From the human T2T-CHM13v2.0 reference genome, Homo sapiens: a stretch of 64,000 nucleotides of DNA. Positions 15,961 through 28,528 of this stretch are shown piece by piece; within the stretch, counting starts at the first letter, position 1; every line of letters starts with the position of its first letter. The notes under the pieces are model-generated. The model was not told where the DNA came from and made no database searches. It saw only the letters and a list, made by a program, of their open reading frames with translations. Where the stretch lies: the NCBI RefSeq assembly GCF_009914755.1, contig NC_060947.1; one strand, given 5' to 3'. Both the position numbers and the translations under genes were made by a program.

Positions 15961-18204
15961 AACCATCTTGTTCTATGGAAATGCCACGGACTCTTTTGGA
16001 TGCCAATTTTTTCCTGTTAGGTATTCAATAAGTGCCCAGATAAATTTAAGAATTGTGGAGAACGATTTAGACTTGCTATGCAACTGGAAGGTGAATTTTA
16101 TTCTGTTTCAAATCTCTCTGTGAACAATAGGAAGGATTAAGCAGCTGGTAAGCAATTAGGGGTCTGAACAGCTGAGCCCCACACTGAGCAAGACAGACAG
16201 TCTGCCAAGTGGCAGTGAGGGCGGGCCCCGGGTGCTCAGTGCCAGTTCAATCTGGCAACTTGGTGACCCCAGGGATTCTGATTCCTGCAGCCCCACAGCA
16301 CCTCCACTACTATGTTTAATAATTTCCGCATCTGTCAGCAGATACCCAGACATCCCCAATTCTCATGCTGATGGGCATTTGCTCTCAAATGAAAACTGGG
16401 ATGAGGAAGGCCTAGATGTCTGGATCCCCAGCTAAGACAGGGGTTTGTTACTGTGGTGCCAGAGTTCTCTTTTGTGCCTCTTCTCAGCACCTGCTTGGCA
16501 TGTTGAGGATACAAAATGTGCCTCCCTATCATAATGCACCCACCCCATGCCCTACCCCAAGTTATCTGAAAGGGAGGCCTCGTCTCACTTATCCTGTTTT
16601 CTTAGTTAGGGTAAAGAAGGTAGGTCCATCCTCCCATCAACCCCAGCTCTCCTCTGGGAGAACCAAACCCTCTCAAGAGTCCTCCCCTTTCAAATTTGGA
16701 AGCACAGGTCTCTTTTAAACATTGCAAGGATTATCTATTACTCATCAAATCCTATGGTCTTTATTACAATATGCCAAATATGCATTTTGGCCAAATGCTA
16801 AAAGGCCAGTGTCAAAATTCATATTTGGTCAAAGCCAAGGCCAAAGTGGAAAATAACCCTCATAAAATGACCTTCTAGGTCATAAGGATACATCTGAAAA
16901 TATATCAAAATATTTATTATTAAAAATCTAGTAGTCACCTTTCATGAGATTGACATTATAAACCAGGGACAATATTTTCTCAGGTACTGTCATCTGCTGG
17001 ATTGTTTGTGTGGTCACTGTACTGTACAAGTGTGATACCAAATGGATGCTCACTTTCAAATGAGGTTGGTGGATAAACAAGATTTTTTGAGGCTTGTTTT
17101 GTCAAGTAGGATTCTGCTGGGGCTAAGGCTGCCACCACATTAGTGAGCCTTTCTTTCTCTCTCCTAGTAACCAAGTAAGGTTAAGGATATTTCCTCCTCA
17201 TCTCTTGGACTTGAACACTGGTTCATGGTGATGCACTTTAATTGAAGCAATCCTCCCCAAATGAAGCTCTGTGCATTGCTTGGGGAAGATGCTTTCTTAA
17301 ATTTTCAGAAACAGTCTTACAAGTTATCTTGTTTCATATTATGAATGATATGAATAATCATGATTATTCATATCATTATAATCGTATTTCATATGATTAT
17401 AATGAAAATAATCTCCCAAAAAATAGATGTGTGATGTAGTCTAATCTCTGTTGTTTGCCCTTGTATTGTTACTGAATTTAAGTTTTTATAGAATACTAGT
17501 TGGCTTAGAAAGGAATTAATGTTCTTTTTAAACTTATCAACTAATACTCAGTATGTATAAACTGTCAATCTACATCTCTACTTATTTAACTACTTGGAAG
17601 TTCTTAATAGTTGTTTTTGAATATAAAATTAACAGCTTTCACATCACCATTAATTGTAGTAGCATTTAACTTTTGCAAAGATAAATATGCATTCATACTT
17701 CAACGGTTTGAAAGAATTTCCATGTACAAAGCCCATAAGGAGATTTTTTGTTCCATGCTACATTAGAATATCTACCTCTAAGTTTCCATTAGAATTTGAA
17801 TGTGAACATTCTGATAATATCAATTAATCAGGGTGACATGTCTTGTTCATCTCACAAATGTTATGTTTACTAAATATGAGGGTAATATGCATCATGACGT
17901 GATCATTGATTGTTCACAAATGACCAGAAATGATATAGGTGTTTAGTTGTTTTTTGTTTTTGCCTTCCCAGGACCAAGACTAATGCAGATTTTGTCTTAA
18001 TACTGAATCTAAAACGTCATGTTGGATACATCTTTAGTTTTCATCTTAAATACTTTTAGGACCGTGTTCAAAGCAGCCCTCCTTTAAAAGGTCATCCCTT
18101 CACTTGACCTTGATGTTCCTGCTAACTACTGGTCCACTACTTCCCTTCTTTCACGGGCATACCTCTCAACAAAGGTCTTCCCTCTTTCCTTCTATTCCAC
18201 AGTA

Positions 18205-18480
18205 CTCACTCATTCATTCATCAAAGATTGTCTGAGCTTGTGTAATGTGGCAGGCAATGTGCTAGGTCCTAGAGATACAGCTGAAAGTAAAACACTGCCT
18301 TCCCTCAAAAAGCTTATATTTCTAGAGCTGGAAAGATGGGTAAACATGGGATTACTATATATAGTCTGTGATTAATGTTATGAGGCAAGAGAACACAGGG
18401 TGCTGTGGTAACTCCTAGGAAGGTGGCACCTAACCCAGCCTAGAGAGGCAGAGGTAACTTGCTGGGGTTTCCCACTGAGG
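18205..18480 (-). mobile_element. L2 3' fragment
   Basis: 'cattcattcatcaaa...tgtggcaggcaatgtgctaggtcctagagatacag'. Confidence 0.6.
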
Positions 18481-19289
18481 CTGGTTAGAAGAAAGCCAAG
18501 AAAACCCCAAACCAAACCAGACATAAGCATTAATTTGGTTCTTACCCTTTTTGATGAACCCAGTTGGTACTTGGTGTGATTAAATGACCTTCTTGTAAAA
18601 TCCAATGGTCCTTGTTTTTGTTTTTGTTTTTTCTTTCAATGGCCTCTGAGACTTGAAACCATGCACATTTTCCCTTTCCTGATACTCTGGCTCTCATGGC
18701 CTCATCTGCTCCAGTGTCCCCTATCCTTGTTGACAACTTCTGTGCTTCCCTTGATGATCTCTCCTTCTCTTCTCTCTATCTGTGTATGGAAACACACCCA
18801 GGGCTCCACCTGTGGCCCCTGGAATTGTCTTCTCCTTCTAGGACAGTTAATCAACCTTCAAGGTTTCTATACCTTTAGTCCAAAACTTCCCTCATTTAAT
18901 TCCTTTGCACCATACCTCGGACTACCTGTGGATATGTCCCATTGTCTGTCCGTATGTCTATCTCACTCCTATCCTGGCCCTCCTCCTGTAGCAAAGCCCA
19001 TCACTAGGAAGAGAATGGACATTGGCCATCAACATATCAATTACAATTGGTTTTCTCCTTCTGGGAATGGTAGCAATGGTTTCATTTCAAGCCTCGTTTC
19101 AAACTATAGGATATAGATTTTATCCCGTTAGAGGAATTTTTTACTCCAGCAGACATATGATGTAGTTTTTTGTTTTATTTTTCTGGCCGGGGCTGCGTGC
19201 ACTTCCCAACTCTCTTAAAATAATAGCACTGAAAATACATATGGAAACAGGTTTATTGTATATTATTATCAATCAAAACTGAAGAATGT

Positions 19290-19392
19290 ATTTAAATATA
19301 TACAGAATGTGTATGTGTGTGTGTATATATATATATACCTACATACATATATATACTATATATATACACACACACATATATAATGTATATAT
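19290..19392. repeat. Compound (TG)/(TA)/(CA) microsatellite
   Basis: Directly visible dinucleotide runs. Confidence 0.8.
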
Positions 19393-19960
19393 TTGTTATT
19401 TATTGCTACTTAACAAATTATGCCAAAACTTTATGGCTTAAAACAACAATTTATTATCTCATACTTTCCATGTGTCTGGAATTTGGGAACAGCTTAGCTG
19501 AGTGGTTCCAGCTCAGGGTCTCTTGTGTGGTTAGAGTCAGAATTTTGGCTAGGTCTGAAGTCTCTGAGGACTTGACTGGGGCTGCAGGATCTGCTTCCAA
19601 GATGGCTCACTCACATGGCTGTTGGCAGTAGGCAACAGTTCTCCAACATATGGGCTACTCCATTGAGCTGCTTGAATGTCCCCATATGGCAATTGGCTTC
19701 CCCTAGAAAGAGTGATGAGACAAAGTGGGAGAGAGAGCAGGAGGAAAGGGGTGGGGGGTAGGGGTGGGAAGAAGCAATAGAAAACTGCAATACTTTTTAT
19801 GACCTAGTTTCAGAAATCACACACCGTCACATCTGTCACATTCTATTAGCTAGAAGCCAGTCATTACATCTGACCCACTCTCAGTGGGAAGGGAATTAGG
19901 TTCTACCTTTTGAAGAGAGGAGTGTCAAAAACTTTGTGGACATATTTTAAAACTACCACA
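19393..19960 (-). mobile_element. MaLR LTR (MLT1F/G-like)
   Basis: 'tattgctacttaacaaattatgccaaaac...atctgcttccaagatggctcactcacatggct...ttttaaaactaccaca'. Confidence 0.75.
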
Positions 19961-21706
19961 ATTTGTGGAAAGATATCTGCAATAATAAATGCAACATTTT
20001 AAAACAATGATTTTATCTGGGAGGTGAGATTATCAATTATTTGTTTATATTTTTCCCATTTTATGAACATAACTATATTAAAATAATAAAAATTTTAAAA
20101 TAGACCAAAATTGTATTATGCTGATGTTGTATAACACTGAACATATTTCCTGAAACATCCTCAAAGGATTTACTGGAAATGGTTTGGCTAGAAATGTTTG
20201 CATGGCGCAGAACTTCTGAAGTACATATTATTGTTATCCTCAGTTTATCGGTGATGAAACTGAGGTATAGAGAGATTAACTGAGGTTAACAAGCTACCCA
20301 GGGTCCTAGAGTAAATAAATACGTGGTATAGATAACATGGAAACCTAGGCAACAGAGTTCTATAGCCCAAGCTCTTAAACTAAATGAAACATCCACAATA
20401 CATATTGGACTGTATAGAATCACACTGTAGATCTTACAAACAATAGCTCAGAGATGTGAAAGAGTCAAGGGCTCATCTTAGTCAGGGAAATTTTCATTAA
20501 AAAGGTGGACAGTGAGCTGTGCCTTAAGGAAAAAGTGAGATTTGGGTAATCTAGGGTTGACATTCCAAATGAGGGACACAGCCTGGCTGAGGCTTAAAAA
20601 TGGGTTGGGGCCTGGCCTTTCCAAGCATGTCCCAGTGAGAAGATTAGTGCAGGTAAAGTTGAGTGATTCCTGGTAAGCTGTGTGAGTTAAGGCAAAATGG
20701 ATTGAGATGGTGGTAGGGGTGGGATGCCAGATTCAGAGGAACCCCAGATGCAGGCAGGAGGTCAATTTGTATTCATACACAGACTTGGAGATCTTGGCCC
20801 TTTACCATCAGGAAGGAACTTAGAAATGTTGTGGCTCGTGCCCCTTATTTTAAATATAGGAAATTATATGGAAGAAAATGATTCATTCACCCCAAATGTA
20901 TTTCTTATTTATTCTGTTATGTTAAAGGTTGTTGGACTGTTAAAGCATTTTTTAAAAACATCTTAATTATTACATTTTTACCATTAATTTTTTTTCTAGT
21001 ACAAGGAATAAGGAATCCTTTTACTAAATTAGGCTACTTCAGGCTATAGCTTATTCCATACTAATTGAACCTATAAGAATTCTGCGTGCTAGACTAGGAC
21101 ACTAGATTCAAAGAAGATCCGTTTCCAGAATTACTCAGTGCACTTCATGCTCACGTGGGGAGATTTACTTACTTATTTGTTTGTTTGTTTAGTATATCAT
21201 GTTCTGGATGCATAGGGCTTCTCAAACCAGATATACAAACCTGTCTGCAAGGACTAAGCAGTTTAAAGTCCATGAAAACTTGGAAATTATCAAAGTTAGA
21301 TGTTTTCAGCAAACATTGGAATTTTATTACTCTCAGAAATAGTTTCCAGATGGAAAATTTAAAAATATCCAAATAATGAAAGACACCCTATTTGGTTTCT
21401 TTTCTGTGTATCAAAGTCTATGTTGAAATAAAGCACTTAAAGAGCTGGGATCAGTTCTCCATGTTACTTTGTACCCATTTCACACTGTGGGCTCTTAGAT
21501 GATCTCATAATGTTAATTACCTAGAAAGGCTGGATGAAATAATTATTTTCCTTCAATGACTAATGATAGCTGGTGGATTTTTATCGCCTCCCCCATGATT
21601 TTTTCAGCAAGGATTCAAAGAGGTTTTGCCACAAACTAGATATGGGTTCCAACTCCTGGATCATTTTGAATTCGCTAGTTCAGACTGAAGATGACAGGTG
21701 ATTCAG

Positions 21707-21709
<3 letters not shown>

Positions 21710-21745
<36 letters not shown>
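21710..21745. repeat. (AC)18 microsatellite
   Basis: Perfect dinucleotide run. Confidence 0.95.
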
Positions 21746-21748
<3 letters not shown>

Positions 21749-23489
21749 CCTGGGAACTAGGCAGGATGTCTTTATCTTGCTGGGTAATTTCCAGGGTACC
21801 AACCTTGGCTTATACATGGTCTCTAGTAATTTCCAAGAATGAATTATAGCTTGCTGTTTCCACCTCTCATCTCTTTCCTCCCTCCCTCCTTTCCTTCCTT
21901 TCTAGCAACAATGTAAGAGAAACAATATGCAATTATTGCTGGGGCGCTTCGAAGCCAATCAGGGAAAAGAACTGTATATGTGACATTGTCAAAGAGGTCA
22001 GGCCATTAGCAAGGCAATTAATGTACCCTATGATGCCTCTCATTGAGAGTCAAGTCTCCTTAATAGCTAATGTGGGGAAAATAATCTTCAAGCATCCATT
22101 ACAGCTCCCAGATAAATGCCCAAGGGAATTAGTTCACTGGCTACCTCTAGTTGGGAACACTGTTCTCCCCTGACCTGAGGCCTTCGTACTCAGTCACAGC
22201 TCTAGCCTCTCTTAGGTGACTCACCTGGCTCAGATCCACATCCAAAGCACTGCTTAGCTTTGCCCTCTTCTCACTCTTCCTGCCATCTGGGGGGCCTCCT
22301 ATTCACACACTCCCAGGATTTCCAATGGACTCTTTCTGACTTCCTTCCCAAACCCAGAATCATGCAATCAACCTTAATTGTCACTATTTTATGTTACCAC
22401 TTCTCAAGCTTCTTATTGAGTGCCATTTCCTCTGCAATTTTTTTTGCCTCTTTGGTTTTTCTTCAGTTGTACTTTCTATCCTTCAGCACTTTACTATGGT
22501 ATTTTTTAAAAAAGAAAATTGCCCCTGCTAATGGGGATTAAATTGTGGGTGTATTAAGGCACACATTGAGCAAATGTTTTCCAAAGGCAGCATGTATTAT
22601 TTCCCTCTTTCTGTATTTTGTATTTTTTTAAATGGCAATTTTATTTTGTAGTGAAATAATGCTATAAATGTAATATTGGGGGGAAAAGCTTTAGCTCAAT
22701 ACTTGGTTATTCAGTTATAATTTCTGTCACATATTAATCAGATTTCTGCTGAGATAATGATGCATAAAAAACAATGCTCCAAATCTCAGTAATTTACCAA
22801 AAAAACCACAGTTTTTTTTCCCTCACTCTTTGGTCTGCAGGTTGACTGGGAGAGCAGCAAGTAGGTGCATGTGAGTGAAACACTGACATGGGGTGGGGCC
22901 AGCAAGGAACAGGTGGAAGAAGACGAAGACCCCAGAGGTGGGCAGGTGGCAGGTTTACAAGGGCCTTATGCAACAAGGAGACAATGGGGAACCCCAGAGC
23001 TTTTAAAGTAAAGAAGTGGCAGGATTTTATTTTAGAGAATAACACTGATGTTGTATATAGAATGGGCCAAAGCTGGAGTCCCCTGGAGTCAGATGTCCAC
23101 CCAGAAGGGTGTCACAGGAGTTGAGGCAGGAGCTAAGGAGCCTATGAAGTAGGACTTTGGGCCGTAAGGAAGGGATGCAGAGCACAGATACTAGAAATTC
23201 GTTCCAGGAGGCAAAAATCGTCAGTCTATTCTATGTAGGGAGTAAGGGGAGGAGAGGCTAGGGTGAAACCAACATTCAAAGGCCATCTAGGAAGAGGGTG
23301 GTGCAGCCCTGGAGAGAGTAGGCGAGTTCAGTAGAAACCGAGGAAAAGGAGGACCTTGGCATCCTGCAGACCCCTCCAGGATAAAAAGGGAAGGCGTGAA
23401 AACTTGTTTCCTTAGCCAGAAAATTAGTTCAGAATGTGGGAGAGGCAACTGACTACAATGATGATGATGGCAGCAATTACCATTCATTA

Positions 23490-23680
23490 GGTTGACAATG
23501 AGCCAGATGTTGTCTCTTTTTATTGCATTATTTCATTTGAATCTCACAACAATCCTATGGAATAGGTACTATTACTATCCCCATTTCACAGATAAGGAAC
23601 TGACATGCAGAATTGGTAAGATTCCAAAGACACCCAGCTGATAAGTGGTAGAGCAGAAATTTGATTCCAGGTGTGTCTGC
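23490..23680 (-). mobile_element. MIR SINE
   Basis: 'tttcatttgaatctcacaacaatcctatgg...ccccatttcacagataagg'. Confidence 0.7.
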
Positions 23681-23925
23681 TTCTTCATCTCTGCTTGGTG
23701 AGACAGTTGTTACCCCAGTGTTAGGCTGATATTCAGGTAGAGCAGACTGGCCTATGACTAGAGGGATGATTTCACACTTCTCTGAAGTCCTCTTGAAATA
23801 GTCTGAATTATATAATTCAGTGCCTTTATTTTCACAATCATTGTTCGGTTGATGGATTGATTGATTTCAGTGGTTTCATGACAATCATCTTCCTAACTAA
23901 TAAAGTTCACCCCTTACAAGAGTAG

Positions 23926-24355
23926 TGTCAGGCCTCTGAGCCCAAGCCAAGCCATCGCATCCCCTGTGACTTGCACATATACGCCCAGATGGCCTGAAGT
24001 AACTGAAGAATCACAAAAGAAGTGAAAAGGCCCTGCCCCGCCTTAACTGATGACATTCCACCATTGTGATTTGTTCCTGCCCCACCTTAACTGATTAACC
24101 CTGTGAATTTCCTTCTCCTGGCTCAGAAGCTCTCCCACTGAGCACCTTGTGACCCCTGCCCCTGCCCACCAGAGAACAACCCCCTTTGACTGTAATTTTC
24201 CATTACCTTCCCAAATCCTATAAAACGGCCCCACCCCTATCTCCCTTCGCTGACTCTCTTTTCGGACTCAGCCCGCCTGCACCCAGGTGAAATAAACAGC
24301 CATGTTGCTCACACAAAGCCTGTTTGGTGGTCTCTTCACATGGACTCGAGTGAAA
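23926..24355 (+). mobile_element. Solo HERV-H LTR (LTR7 family, probably LTR7Y/7B-type)
   Basis: Starts tgtcaggcctctgagcccaagcc, ends ...tgaaa; TATAAAA at 24219-24225; AATAAA at 24291-24296; 5-bp TSD agtag at 23921-23925 and 24356-24360. Confidence 0.95.
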
Positions 24356-24464
24356 AGTAGCACTTTTCACTTCACAGATATCTTTCACATGCATCTTCTC
24401 ATTTGCTTTTTATAAAAATGCTGATGGGAATGCAGGGTGGATATTATGATCACCACCTTTTAGT

Positions 24465-24735
24465 CCAAAGGTCAGCAGAGATTTTCCTTAAAGGGCCAGA
24501 TTCTAAAGATTTTAAGCTTTGTGAGCCATATAGTGTCTGTGGCACTACTCAGCTCTGCCATTATAGCATGAGAGCAATCATAGACCAATACAATACAATA
24601 CAATACAATACAATACAATACAATACAATACAATACTAAATTATTGAGCATAGCTGTGTTCCAATAAAACTCTATTTACAAACATAGATGACTGTCTATA
24701 TTTGGTATGTGGCCATAGATTGCCAACCCTTGCTC
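24465..24735 (+). mobile_element. MER58A-like hAT MITE
   Basis: 'ggtcagcagagattttccttaaagggccag...actactcagctctgcc...gttccaataaaac...ttgccaaccct'. Confidence 0.75.
24586..24635. repeat. (CAATA)10 pentanucleotide repeat
   Basis: Perfect 10-copy run inside the MER58. Confidence 0.95.
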
Positions 24736-24829
24736 TAGGTAAATAAACTTCCATGCAAAGTGATTAAATGATCCTCCCAACTTTATATAGCTGGTAGAAG
24801 TATGAATGGAACCTAGACCTCTTGCTTGC

Positions 24830-25290
24830 TTTATTCATTTAATAAATATTTATTGAGTCCCCATTATGTGTCAAGCACTATTGTAAGTACTGGGGACAAA
24901 AAAGGTCCCTAGCCGCAAGGACCGTGCATATTTTGGGGACACATATGATGAACAAGTAAATGAGCAAAGAAGATAACTTCAGAAAGTGAAAAGTGCCATA
25001 AGGAAAATACAACTGTGATAGAGGGCAACTGTAGCTACAGGAATCAGAGTGATCCAGTCTGAAGCAGAAAAATGTGAACTGCAATCTGGAAGAAGAGAAT
25101 AAGCAAATTATGCAGGGATTTTGGGATGATTATTCCAGGCAAATGGAATAGCCAGTGGAAAAAAAAATAAGTGTGGCTAGAGCAAAGTAAATAAGGAAGA
25201 GGAGATCTGAGAAATAACAGGGGGCAGATAAGGGCAAGAATTATAAACCATGGCAAAAGATGTGGATCTTATTTGAAGTGAAGTGAGAAG
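24830..25290 (-). mobile_element. L2 fragment
   Basis: 'attcatttaataaatatttattgagtcccc...attccaggcaaatggaatagccagtgg'. Confidence 0.6.
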
Positions 25291-26059
25291 TCAGTGCTTT
25301 CCTGGTTTTAACATTCCATCCTTCCTTTTGTGTCTCCTCTGCTGCCCAAGCACGAGGCAGATACTTTCAGAATATATTGGTTGATTGATGGGTTCTGTCA
25401 CTGAGGTGCCTTCAAGGCATGAAAGACTTAACACGCTGGGCTCATTGAAGACCCTTATGAGGGGACATATTTAGTAGATCCTCTTTCATTGTAGGTTTCC
25501 AAGAAGGCTGTGCCTAATGCTTTTTTTCAGAGACAGCATGGTGGCCCTTTGTTCTCTCCTGGGGTGATTCTGGGCATCATCCAGACCATCTGCTCTGGCC
25601 CCGGCTCCCTGGCCATATAGGCTTTGCCATCATTTGACAAAACACTCCAATAGCTAGGAGTGAGATGTCTCTGACATCAGAGCCACTTTGTCAGGATGAA
25701 ACATCATGGTGGATTAACAGTTTTGTGGCAATCCAGTTCTAAGTGTACAATTGACCAGCTGTGAGGAAGCAACTCAAAGAGTTGTTGGACTGGTGAAATC
25801 AACTTATGTATGTTCAAGTCCTAGTATACTGCCTGGGCCTTAGAGTGCCCAGTGGAAGTCAGCTGCCTTTTCTTCCCAAATGCTCTTGTATTTAGTGTTT
25901 ACTGGCCATGTCCCATTGAAAGCAGTGATTCACTTAGCATCCTCATTTCATTAGGGCTTACAAAATACTAAAATATTTTAGGAAGCCTTAAAGTAATTGA
26001 AAGTAAACTGATGCAGTTCGGCCATCTCTGAAATTATTGACTTTTCAGAGAGAATTGTT

Positions 26060-26431
26060 TTGGTGGATACTGGGATGTTCCTCCACCCAGATTCCCCTTC
26101 AACAGAGGATGGGTTGTCCCAGCCACTGGAAGTGCAGTCAGCAGTCAGCCTTCAGTGTCAGCTGCTTCAGAGATTGCCTCATGCTACAGAGAGGAGCCTC
26201 ACCAACTATTTTGGCCCAATTTGGGACAACTCTGAAGGCTCCAGAGCTTCTCAAGGAGGTTAGCTGAAGCTGTTGTTGAGCTTGCTTCACAGCTCAACTT
26301 CTCCCTCTATCCAATCCTGCTGCCGTCTCCTTCTTTCCACAAGTGTAGATCCTAAGATCATTCTCTAAAAACCATCACGCATGGTTAAACTCCACCCAGA
26401 GTCTACTTTCCAGAAAACCCAACCTGTAACA
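26060..26431 (+). mobile_element. ERVL LTR (LTR16-like)
   Basis: 'cagctcaacttctccctctatccaatcctgc...cagagtctactttccagaaaacccaacctgtaaca'. Confidence 0.6.
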
Positions 26432-28528
26432 ATTGGGTACAGGTGTCAGTGTTAGCATTCCTGTGATCTTCTATTTGTGAATTTGGTGCTCATGTAAAGT
26501 ACTTCCTTACAATCGTTAGCATTTATGTCCTGTGTCTGAAAGGGTATATGACCTATGTATTGTTTACAAATGACTTTTCTTCTGTAAAGTTTAAAAATGA
26601 CAGAAATGTCAAATATTCACTGAAGCACCTGGAACATATTTCTCTATGTTATAAGAGCTAAAAGAATTTTAAGGGATCTTTGATTACTAAATATTCATTA
26701 AATATGAATGACATGGATGTATATCAAATGAGAGGTTAATTATAGACTTATCTATGAGGTTATGTATCATATCAGCATGCAAGAGAAGGAGAACATCCTG
26801 GCATTTGAGGGGTTAATTCAGGGTCAGAAAGATTAAGAAATTTAGAAACGCATAGAAAAGATGGTATATCATATTTATTTGAATCCCAGGCTACTGAGAG
26901 TTTGCAAATGCTTTTAAATGGTTGTACATGGCAGCCTGTGTCCTTAGCAGAGAGTGTCCTTGGGCAAATTAGTCTTAGAGAGGTTAAATGAGGGTTGTTG
27001 TGGTGATTAAATGAGAAAATGGATAGATGGTACATGGTAAGTGCTCAATAAATATTAGCTTCTGCTGTTGTTGTTATTCAAAGTGGCATCTGGCTAGCAG
27101 TCCCCAGGGAAGGTTCTCTCAATATCTAACAAAAACACTAATGAAGGCCTAGGGGAAAAAAAATAAAGCTCCCAACGTGGAAAATAAGACTGATGGGTAA
27201 TCTAATACCAGAACCATGAAAAAACTGGAACTAATTCCCGGACAGAAGGAGCTGGGTTTGGACACAAAATCAACTTCATAAAAGGTAGAAAAATAGTTCG
27301 TGCTTCTGTCACTGGAGATTCAGGATTTGAACTAGCCAGAAACTTAGGGGCATCTCTCTTTTCTCCTGGGTATGGGAAGAGACAGTACATCTACAGGCAA
27401 CAGGTTGGTAGGGTATTATTTGCATGGGGCCTTTGTAGGAAGACCCCAGGTAGCAGTGTAGGCTGAGAATTGTAGTATTTGACATAACACATCAGTTCAG
27501 AGTACCAGAGAACCAGACGGTGAGGTAGGGGGAAGACGTCAGATTGCAAGGAACAAAGGCACACAAAATTAAGTTCCACTTAACTTGCTCATCAACTTGT
27601 CATTTTGTTATAAATAGTAAAAGAGTGTTTTACCACTAGCATGGGACAGTGTGCAGGACAAAGGACTAGCTAAGACGAATAAAGAAAAAAGTAGCAATGG
27701 GGCCTGTGAAATATACCACAGAACAAGGAAACAGACAGTATCTAGAAGATTCAGGAGAAAAACTTCTGATAATTAAGTGAATCCAGAGGAAAGCCTCAAA
27801 AAACTATTTGACATTTGCAACAGAGCATAGGAAGACATAATCTTCATGAAATAGCTGTGGAACATTAGAAGGACGGCACTGAATATTATTTAAAAATTTG
27901 ATTATAAAATCAAATTAAAATGTCAAAAATTATTCCAAAATGAGAAAATACATGATTTTAAGAAAATGATAGACTTAAAATCCTTTATTATGTTATTAAT
28001 AAAAACAGGTTTATTGGGCCCTGGTAGTGAGGGTCAGGAACATTAGACTGTATTGTATCCCTTCTCTCAAACAGAGGAAACTCAAATGATATAATTTCAC
28101 TGCTCATTCATAAGGATTAGACAGAGTGCAAAGCGTTTATAAAAATAACTTCTAAATGACTATTAACAGAATTAAAGTCAATTATTGTCAAAGAACAGAA
28201 AGCAAAAGAAACCAGAAGGAAGAACTAAAAATAGGAAGGCATAGAATAAGATGACAGAAGCCAAATTAGTGATAACAATACTGTAAGTAGGTTAAACCAG
28301 TGGTTTTCAAAATTGTAAGCACTTGAAGCTTATTTTCAAGTGAAATACTATGTTTAATCACAAACTACAAAGCTCTACTTTTTTCAGTTGCATGTGTTTA
28401 TTATAAAGCCAATTAATGAGACCAAAGTTAATGAAAAGTAGCCTCCACTGAGTGCATACCACCAATCCTTGAGCTGTCAGTTTTTTTGAAAATTGATCTG
28501 TAGATGAATGCAATTCCAATCAAAATAT

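Noticed and set aside
18661-19116. 151-aa hydrophobic ORF
   Set aside because: Lies in pyrimidine-rich, L2-like decayed sequence; no protein family resemblance.
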